Positions 54,312 through 64,000 of a DNA stretch of 64,000 bases are shown here, piece after piece. The position numbers were made by a program, and so were the translations under genes. The DNA comes from Trichosphaerium sp. ATCC 40318. Lineage: Eukaryota > Protista > Tubulinea. Positions within the stretch are counted from its first letter, which is position 1; the number at the start of each line of letters is the position of its first letter. Under the pieces are notes generated by a model. That model was not told the origin of the DNA. It ran no database searches and saw only the letters and a list, made by a program, of their open reading frames with translations. Where the stretch lies: NCBI GenBank assembly GCA_038496445.1, contig JALMLS010000342.1, positions 62,001 to 126,000 on the forward strand, in the 5' to 3' direction.

Positions 54312-57300
54312 TTACAGCAAGTCCACATAGTTTTTTTCTTTTCGTACACGTTTGCGGTCTCGATAGTCTTCAGTTGAGCCATAATTACCGTCTCTTCTTC
54401 TCTTATTATTATCTCTACTATTGGTCGCAGTAAAAAACTTGTCGGACTTAGAGGCAATAACATCTTAGCGCGAAAGTTAAGGATAAAAAATTGGTAAAAC
54501 AACAAAGAAGAAATAAAGAAAAAAGTTGGATACAAGTGCCCTTCCTCGTCGTATATGATATATATTTATCCCAACATTTGTTATGTGTTAATGAATGGGT
54601 ATTCCCTACTACCCACAATGCGTACTTAGCACGTGTAAAAGCAACATTCATCCTACGAATGTCCGAAACAAATCCAATGTTACCACCTAAAACTTGTATT
54701 CAGTTTACGAACAAACGTCTGTTATGGCGTACGGTTATTCGCTCTAACACAACTAAATATTATTATATCCTTTTCTCTACCTTGAAATCCATCCTTAAAT
54801 TTATGAGTACAAAGGTATACAGAAGTGGTCATTAAACAGAGTTGTGGCGTTTTTTTAACCGAAGGCTGCTTCAAAGAAAAAAGAAAAGATAAACATCCGT
54901 ACGACTGTGTTAACTTCAATTGTTTTATCTATCTGTTGTAGACGATACTTCAAATCTCTTGATTGTGCTTTGTACGGTGTAATGACACCAATCTTATCTC
55001 TGAACTAAACAAAAATCTGTCAATTAAAAATTTACAATGACCCTGTTTTTTCCTATCTTACATCGATTTCTGGATACTGTGCATATAATTCTTTTAATAG
55101 TTTCATAATAAATAGCGACTCTGACTCATTGCGTAAGCTAGAAGACCTCGATGATCTAGACTCCGAACTAAAAAAATACGTTAGTGTTTAATGCAAGCCA
55201 AAAAAGATTGAATGTACGCACCTATCAACGTGATAAAAGACCTGCGGTCTGAATAAAGTACATTTGTGATAAGCCTTTGTATACTCATTTAATGGAACAC
55301 CGTTTATAAGGCAGTCATCATAAAACAGCTGAGAAGGAAATTCACAAATAGCTGGGTGCATACTAGAAAAATGTTGAGAAAAAAAAGAAAAAAATGAGAA
55401 CTAAAGCTTCCTTACCGATACTGTTTTTCTAGACGTATTACAGGAAAGTCAAGTTTTGTGAGCCTCTCAAATAAGCTTTGTGCATAGTAATTCCTTTAAA
55501 CAAACAAGGATTAGGATATAATAATTCAATCTAAGGCTTACTTTTGAGCTTCAAGACTTAACACTGTTGCAGGCAATTGTTTTGGGTCGCCAACAAGTAC
55601 GCAATGTTTTACATTATGTAGTAGCGGTATCAAACAATTTACTTCGACAGCCTGTAAAAACATGGTTATAAAGGATAGATTAGATGCTTTGTACCTGAGC
55701 TGCTTCATCAACAATGACAACATCAAAAGAGTTTTTGAGCTTTGTGAAAATACGCTGACCACTAATGATGTTAGTACTCGTTTTTAGAAGCTTCATGGAT
55801 TGTTATTACATACCTACTACTCAATGTGGTAAGGACAATATGAGCTGTATTTAATACACCAATTTTGGCTGCGTTCTTAGTCTTCATTCGCAGTAAGCCT
55901 CTTCACTTTTTAAAGCTGTTAACGTACCCCTTTTCCATGCTTTTGAACGAGTGTATCCAGCCCAATAGCAGCCTCAACTTGCTGTGCAATGGATCTAGTA
56001 GCGCCCTTGAAAATAACATTTCAATAAACGTATAACCAATGACAAACGTACCACTCGCACAACTCGTTTTTCAGTTGTAGATCTAACGCATTCACCACTC
56101 ATAGATAAGGTATACAAGCCTACAAACATTGAGTTTTTAATCAAATATTCAGTCTACTCACCTTTCTCTATAAGACGCAAAGCAATTTCATCAACACCAG
56201 CATTACTAGGTGAGCAAACAAGAACACGAAGCTACAATATACGAGTTAACAAAAAAATACAATACCTCTAACAAGTACGTACCCCTTTAGAACAAAACAT
56301 GGACACCATACCCATGATAGTACTCGTTTTCCCTGTTCCTAATCCAATATTTTAAGATCATACCAAGGGCACACTCTACTTTACCTGGAGGACCTTGGAC
56401 AAGAGTAAATCCCTCAACACTTGAAGTAACTTGTCGGATTGCATTGATTTGGCCTTGGTTGAAATCAGAAATTGCCATCGCTTCTAGTAATGGAGTGGTG
56501 CACGCTACAGTATGTCTATTTTGCGTTTGACCAAGCAACTAAAACATAAAGGCAGTGAGAACAAAACTGTACAACAAAGGCATGTAAAAATAAATACTTG
56601 ACGTAGGAGCAATCTCGAAGGATAAACAGTTAGATTCTGTAGTGCCTGGTACTCCCGTTGTGTAGTTGAGATGTTAGATATCTGTAAAGATATTGGTTAG
56701 TTAAGGTTGTGATGTAGAAATCGTGTACCTTTTTGAGGTACCAATTGGAACCAACAATAACACGCTTTTGCATTTCCTTCATCCTTTCCGAGTTGGTATT
56801 GGCAGTAAAGCACATTTTCATCACAACTTGAGTACCATCCTTATCATTAGAAATACGTTCAACCTACGAAAGGCTTGTGAGCTTTTTAAAGCAGTAAATA
56901 AATTACCTTTCCAAGAGCATGTATGCCAAGTGAAAATTCTTTGTTGATACCTATAAGCACAATATCGTTCTCCACAAACGATGGATTACCGCCAAATGAC
57001 ACTAACGTGAACTTGTCAACTGTTTGGACCCTTTTCACTACCAGTTTGTGAAATGGGTGCTCTATAACAATTTAGATACAAAACACAAAGCATATTTGTG
57101 TATACCTGATTCGGTCTTTTCGCGTTCTAGGTTAGCTCTGAATTCCTCTAAGAGCAATGGACGAAAAATAGATATATACTAGAATCTGTTAGAAATACAT
57201 ATGTATTCATGTGCAAGTACTTCGAATGTGTTCTTGAATTGAGACGGGATAGAGTTTAATCTAGCACAAGTAAATCGAAAAAAATTCTAAAAATATAGCA

Positions 57301-60300
57301 TTTGTACTTTACAGGTAATGCTCTAGTCTCCAAGGTATCATAGTTGATGGATAATATAACTTCAAGTAGACTAAGTAATGACGTGAGTACTTTAGCACTA
57401 GGTCGTTCTCTCTGGTTAATAGAATCCTGCAATTGTCTAGGCATTTCAAGCTAAACATTAACATCAACACTTAAACGTTTCTTGTTTCGAAACGTACTTG
57501 TATAGTCCTTGTGTTGGCTTTTGCTTGTGGTGGCGGAGCCACACGTGCTGGTACACTCCTATAAACAGGTGCTGTGTTCATTCTAGGTGCAGGTCTCTTA
57601 GTATTTGCAACTGCCATCGAGCTTTTTTGGTTCTTCTTTCTAACAGCCAAGTCCTTACGCATCTGCGATAGCACTACACCTCCAGCTCGAGCTGACATAT
57701 TTGGTTTCTTTGCATACATCCCTTGTCTAGCCAACGGGCCACGTGAGAATCGCGGTTGTTGCCTAAACGAAGGTCCACTTCGATTTTGTGTAGCTGATCG
57801 TCCAAAACTCCAAATGTCATTCTTCTTGGGTGCCATTCTCTTGTTTATATTTAACTATGAATCAATTAGTATATAAATGTTTCTTCTAAACCTTTTCAAT
57901 ACCTTAGGTCTGTTGGAGAAAAAAGTTTGTTTAGGCTTGGGAGCTGATGGGAAACGTCTTGGCGTTGAATCTCTAAATGGGCTAGACATTTGGGTTTTAA
58001 GATTGAGCTTCTTAAAAGATAATTGCGGCACTTTGGTCTTGTTAGGTTCTATAAATAATAAGCCTACACTAACACTAATCAAAACGGACTTTTCATAAAC
58101 GAGCTAGTGAGATCTATTACTGGCTTTGATGGCCCAACTGACGGCTTTTGTTTACCGCTGTTCAGTGCACTAGTAATAGAATTGCGCTGACGAAGCGGAC
58201 ATTGAGATGCTACAGATAAGCAAGCCTTACGAATATCAGGGCTCACTATCATTTTATAGGTTGTGAACTTGTGTAAGCACGTTGTTATTGTAGCAACCCA
58301 GCTTGCTTGTAAGTTCTACAACAAAAATTAATTAAATGAAGGAATAGACAACTTTTTTGAACAAAGGACATTACTAACCTTTCCTGGCTTCCACTTGAGG
58401 ACATTTAAGAAACACTCAGTGATTCTTTTAGTGTCACGAGTTGGTAGAGATAAAACCCAGTCGATTATACCAGGTAAAATAGTGAGCATCTCTGGTATTG
58501 CTTGAGAATCTACATCTCCTGGAATAAGACCCATTCCATCGTCTGTGGATAGTTATAAACATGATCTGTAGTATTTCAATTTGCATACTTATATCCAAAA
58601 CATCTTCGCTACATATTGATTTACATGCATCAACAACAAGTCTCCACTGTAGTAACAAAAAATCGTGTGCAGGTTTTCTACATTGTTTTTGACCTTGAAG
58701 CTTTTTAAGCCAATAAAAAGCACGTTCCTGACACCTTGCACTTTAATAAGTAAACACCTTAGTATTGATACGTACTGCCTACAATTTGGAGCACCAAATA
58801 CCTCCACAATATCGGAAGTGACAGTTACAGCACCTCGGAAAAATATTTGTGGATGTTTTAATATCCAGGAAGTCAATGTCGTCTCATAATCACCTGGAGC
58901 ATACGCTTCTATTATTTTTCGTAGCGCTTGTCTCTGAAATGTGTGAGGCGTAACCAAGTATGCATAAGCAACACCAACAATGTTTAAATATTGAGTGGAA
59001 GTTGATTGTCGTAATGAAACTGCAATTGTTCTGAAGCAAGTTAACATGCTTGTTAGGTTAATGTACAAAATATCCTAAAACAAAGTGTCAATATTTTTTT
59101 GATTAACATCACTGAGACTTGTAGTACCCCTTTGTCATTATTTGGAGACACATAAGCAACAGCTATACGCGAAAAGAAAGACAACAGTTGCCAAAGAAAT
59201 GGCACATTTAATGAATCTATAGAATCTGAGCTCACTATACGATTAAGACAATCCCATGCATTGTTTGTAGCAAATGTACGGTACTAAGTAAAAAGAATAA
59301 TTACAATTAAGAACATATTGGTAACATTGATGCAAACCTGTGATGTATCTTTACGATGAAGTAGCTCCACATATTGTCGTTTGAATATTTTTACATCAAG
59401 AGAAATTGCTTTCAAAAGAGTATCCTGACTACGTTCTTGTAATATCTCCTTCTTTGCGCTTAGAGCACGTTTTACAATCCTAATCAAACTTAGTGTTGAA
59501 ATACATTGTTAAATCGCCCTTACAAATCCCATTTGAAGCTTGGTAGCAATGTCTCTTTAGTATCTTGTTGCATGCAACTTTTAAAATGGAAGTTAAAAGT
59601 CAATTGAAATTGGTTGAAACGAGCTACACTTACAGTTTGTTGATAATTGCTAAGCTTATGTTAAGAGCAGCGTTTCTAGCATCAACCTGTAATCTTATTA
59701 GCTAGTACTAATAGACTATCACGCACTCTGTATTTGTCATTTGTTTGCACATCCAACAACAAAAAAGTCTGAAGTTTCGATATCACAGCACGTTTACCTT
59801 TTTTTGATTATAAGTACGTTTAACTTGTTAATGATACCACTTACTAACACATCTACCAAGGGTATCTACGAGTGGTACAAAACATGTAAATATTTCATGT
59901 TGAACTCCACGAGACTCGGTATTATTTGCTTTAGCCAAGATGTCATCAACAACGATCAACACGTTCACATTTGGTTCAAACCATAAAGAATCACCTACCC
60001 AAAAAAAACCAATTAGATAAAAAATAAGGTGACACGTTTACCAATCTTCTCCAGAAGTGCTCGAAGTATCTCAGTGCAAGCAACGTATTTTTTACCTTCC
60101 ACGTAAGTGCCAAGTTGGCCCAAAATAAGAGATGCAAAGTCAGTGTTGTCCTTTAGGAAATGGTCGAGAAGTACTTCCGTAGGAGTCACCTTGTACACTT
60201 TTAAAACACTTGATTACAGGCATACTCACCTCTACTATAGATTTTAATCCTTGCAAGAGTGACACAGGTGAGTGAGAAACACCATTCTTATCCATCTTGC

Positions 60301-61312
60301 ACTTGAACTCGCGCATTATGTACTTTACAACACGCTTGGTTATCTTTATGTGCTCATCCGAATACAAAGCAAATTTTTTTTTCTTGAATATCTCCACAGC
60401 GAATGCCCTTTTGATCACGTTAAAATGTATCCTTGCATTTCAAAAAAAAACAAGTTCCTTACACTAGATCTTTGTTACCAGTTGTAAGCAACAAGAAAAG
60501 TCCAGGTAGGGCAGCTACAAGATTTGCCTATGTTCACTTGTAAGTCTGTTATTAAACTTAAAAGAACTCACTGGTTTATGAAGTTTTTCTATAGCCTTAA
60601 CAACCTGTGAAGTGTTATTACGTAATCAATCAATAAGAACCAATTAATCGAACCTTAAGAAACCCTTCTACAATGTTTTTGTCCTTCAATAACAGTGCGT
60701 TTTGATCAAGAAGAGAAGTAGCAAGACACGTAAATCTAATCACATTTTTTGGCAACGAGCAATCTTTCTTGCATAACAAGCTTAACCAAGGCACTATACG
60801 CTTTTGATCATAGCTAGAGTAAAGTAAAAACCCGACAACTAACGTGTATACACTCACATTTCTAGAAGGCTACGCAGAGCTGCGTTATCATCTGTTCCAC
60901 GTTTAACGCAATGATACGTGTGCAAACTTCACAGTGTCAAACCATACGTCAATCTTTTTACGTACCACTTTTCGCATTCCATAACTGCCCTTGCAAGGTT
61001 GTTTTTTAAACAATCTGTAACCTTGTTAGTATTTGGCGCCCAAGTTCGAAAAATTGTAAACTTGAAAGCTTCTTGGAAACGTTGAAACATAACGTACTAC
61101 GCACTACATTACCATCTGTAGCCTCTAGAACTTCTAACAGCAATTGACCTCTACAACTTAATTAGAACAGTCTGTAAATACTCTACGCGCTCTGTGCATA
61201 TATGTCCGGTTTCTTCTAGCGTGTTTAGCAGTGTTTTAAGTTTCGCCTTTACTTCATCCTAGTTGTAGCCGTTTAAAACTAACCACGAACGCGTACATAC
61301 GTTCAAGCTCAT
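54312..61312 (-). CDS. SETX: SEN1/senataxin-like superfamily-1 RNA/DNA helicase
   Basis: Long helical N-terminus with CEKCLHTYH; LVQGPPGTGKT, CSPSNAGVDEI, IVDEAAQ, LVGDPKQLPAT, QYRMHPAI, VITPY, DGFQGREKD, RMNVAFTRAK. Confidence 0.88.
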
Positions 61313-61458
61313 TGATTGACTCGACAGTAACGAACAGTTTTCGTTCAACTGATTGAGACGCCACACTGCGTTTACTACGGGTGAAATAAACTGCGTGTCA
61401 AATTAAAATTAAGTGATATTGATAGTGCCTTATCACATACCGCTAGCCAACGGCAACA

Positions 61459-64000
61459 ATGCAAAACGGAGCCATACACCGCTCTAAATCGGCAGCTGGT
61501 GACCTAGCCAAAATAATTATCAAAAAGAAAAAGGGTGATGGCGTGATGGACCATATTCAAAATGTATTGCAATGGGGTGTTGAAAAAGATCTGCTAACAA
61601 GTGCTGCTCGCGACGAACTATGGGAAGAATTAAACAAGCGAATCACCCCAGCGAACACTAAAACGAAACGTACAGGTGTTAAGGGCAAAAAGAAAAAGAA
61701 AAAAGGTTCGTTTTGTTGTTTCTGGCGTTTATGGCTTCGCAATCACTAAACAACGGTAGTTGTAATACCAAGCTTGCCTGTGACCGTGTGGCAAACTGTA
61801 TTTTCGTATCTCAGCATCAAAACTTTAATGAGGTAAGCCGGCAATTACGAACTTGCGTAGTAAACTAACATACACGAAAAGAGTAGAAGGAGTTTGCGCG
61901 CAGTGGCGTGAAATTTGCTGGAAGTGCCCATTGCAATATATAGACCTCAGGTACTGAAATAGCTACTTACAAGACCTCCCTAATAAAGCATCGCCGGTTC
62001 TTACTCTCTAATTTTAGCGACCTGCACTCCATTTCAACTAAGAACGCCGCGAGGCTTATGTCTAGAATTCCAAGGTATACCATACGCATTTTTTTACGCT
62101 AGCGGCTTTTTTACGAATCATCAAAACTCGCTAAGTAACTAAAGTATCCATCAAACTAATCAATTTCATCAGAGAAAACATGACAGGAATATCGCTAGCG
62201 CACTGCGGTCACATCTCGAATAATATTTTCGATTTATTTTTGGACGATGAATCTGGTAGCCCTGCCACCTCAGGAATTCGCTACCTTAGTCTGTTGGGTT
62301 GTTCTAGACTTGATGCCAATGCCATGGGATATTTAAGCAAAATGACAAGCCTCACGCACCTAAACGTTGCGCGTGCGAAATGGTTAAGGTAAGAAACACG
62401 AGAAGCTTTAAATGTTTACGTTTGTTAATTTGTAGAGATGAGTATTGTCGTGGGTTTAGTAGCCTGACGAACTTGAAAACATTGGTGCTTGATCATTGCT
62501 ACAAATTAACGCACAGAGGTTCAGGATAACAGGCTTGAGTGTTTATTTATTGTTTGTAGGCATTGCACATCTTATCTCTCTTACAAATCTAGAGGATCTA
62601 TCTATGAAGGGTCTCGATAGACTAACCGATGTTGGTACGCCTTAACATATGTGTGGTTTCCCAAATATTCACATATCATAGCATTAATGCACATTGCTCG
62701 ATTGGTCAAAATAACTAGTTTAAATCTTGAGGGTTGTGACAAAATTAGCGACACTGGTACGCTTTTGACAGGCTTTTTTCAGATTCTGTATTAAGTGGAT
62801 TGTAGGCGTGAATCAGTTGTTAATGTTGACTGGCTTGTCTTATTTGAATGTGTCAGGAATCAAGCTGACCAATAACGGCTTAAAGAGGTGTATAGCTAAC
62901 ATGCCTTCGCTTACATCTGTTCATTTAGCTTCTTTGAAAATATCTGGTAAGGACATAGTTTAAATTTGCTCTCGACTGACTCCTTGTAGGAGAAGGACTT
63001 TCGAGTCTTGTTACTCTACCTAGAATGCAAAGTCTCGACTGTTACGAATGCAGGAGACTGACAAATGACGTTCTAGAGCACATAGTGCTCATGCAGCGTC
63101 TGACGTACTTAGACTTGTCTGATTGCAAACAACTTGAAGATGAAGGAATTAGTAGATTAAAGGCACTAAACAAACTGCAGACGCTAAAACTCGCTGGGTA
63201 TAACTAATAAGTCTAATTCTGTTAATTAATCTAATTGTTAGATTACACCAGTGCACTGATAAATCACTTCCAGCTATTGTAGAGTTGGAAAACCTCACTG
63301 CCTTGGACTTGTCCATGTGGACAAAGATTACAGATAAGGGACTAGCTCATCTTCACAAGCTCTCAAACCTATTGACTCTTGAACTTCGGTACACATTTTT
63401 TTGGTGTTACTGTTTTATGTAATGTTTTTATTAGTGCTTGTGTATCTCTTGATGATCTTGCAGTAGAGCGTATAACGTCACTGACGCGCTTGACTGATCT
63501 TGATCTAAGTAAAGTACCTGAGATAACAGATGCCGCAATGGCACATATCACACATTTCACTAACTTGCGTTACTTGAAATTGTACTCGAATGGCATCACT
63601 GATTCCGGACTTAAAACGCTTGGAAAATTACCTTACATTGAAAAGCTTGACTTACGCGCTTGCTTTGAATTGACACCTCGAGGACTAAAACGCTTTATGA
63701 AGACAGTAGCATGGAAATCAATACAGAACTTGAAGATTGAGGTACTTACAATGGAAAAATTGGATCACATAGTTATACTTATTTCTCTTAGGGTTGTTGG
63801 AGAATTACCAATCCTGACGATTATGATTCAAGTTCAGAGGAGGAAGAGGACTTGGATGACTCACCACCAGTCACACCGAGAAAAGGACTGAGGAAATCAA
63901 TGCACAAGAAGCAGTATTCTGAGCTTGGCACTACGTACGTTTCACAAGACTTTAGACGGTTAGCTTACGTTTGCCTTAGACCAGAAGGAAAAGAAGGAAA
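61459..64000 (+). CDS. F-box/LRR (FBXL-like) protein, 3' end runs off the window
   Basis: F-box PSLPVTVWQTVFSYL...VCAQWREI, followed by cysteine-containing LRRs (LTYLDLSDCKQLEDEG, LEKLDLRACFELT-like). Confidence 0.85.

Overview
Gene-dense, AT-rich eukaryotic nuclear DNA from a compact-genome protist. An amoebozoan-like source is my inference, not established from the sequence. It uses the standard genetic code and has very many short spliceosomal introns (mostly about 35-70 nt), which is why the ORF track is fragmented. Splicing exons by hand gives 24 protein-coding genes: TKL kinase (3' part), synapsin homolog, a small membrane protein, FANCD2, a small basic histone-like protein, SNX3-like, HEATR5, a zinc-finger hypothetical, TrmH-like SpoU methylase, mid-SUN protein, LSM4, three F-box/LRR proteins, a FET-family RNA-binding protein, eIF3b, a basic hypothetical, AP5Z1, HELLS/DDM1, CRYL1, codanin-1, a metallophosphoesterase, a YacP-like NYN nuclease and SEN1/senataxin. 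I found no rRNA, tRNA, transposon or CRISPR. The most notable observations are: (1) a HELLS/DDM1 remodeller with a complete HMG-box inserted in-frame inside its ATPase; (2) an orphan basic chromatin-like protein of about 92 aa with E2F/Myb-type promoter motifs; (3) atypical splice signals (+4C donors GTACGT, frequent AAG and some GAG acceptors, repeated GC donors); (4) a nearly intronless F-box/LRR gene that may be a retrocopy or a lateral acquisition. Family assignments come from motifs I recall, not from database searches. CDS coordinates span start to stop including introns.
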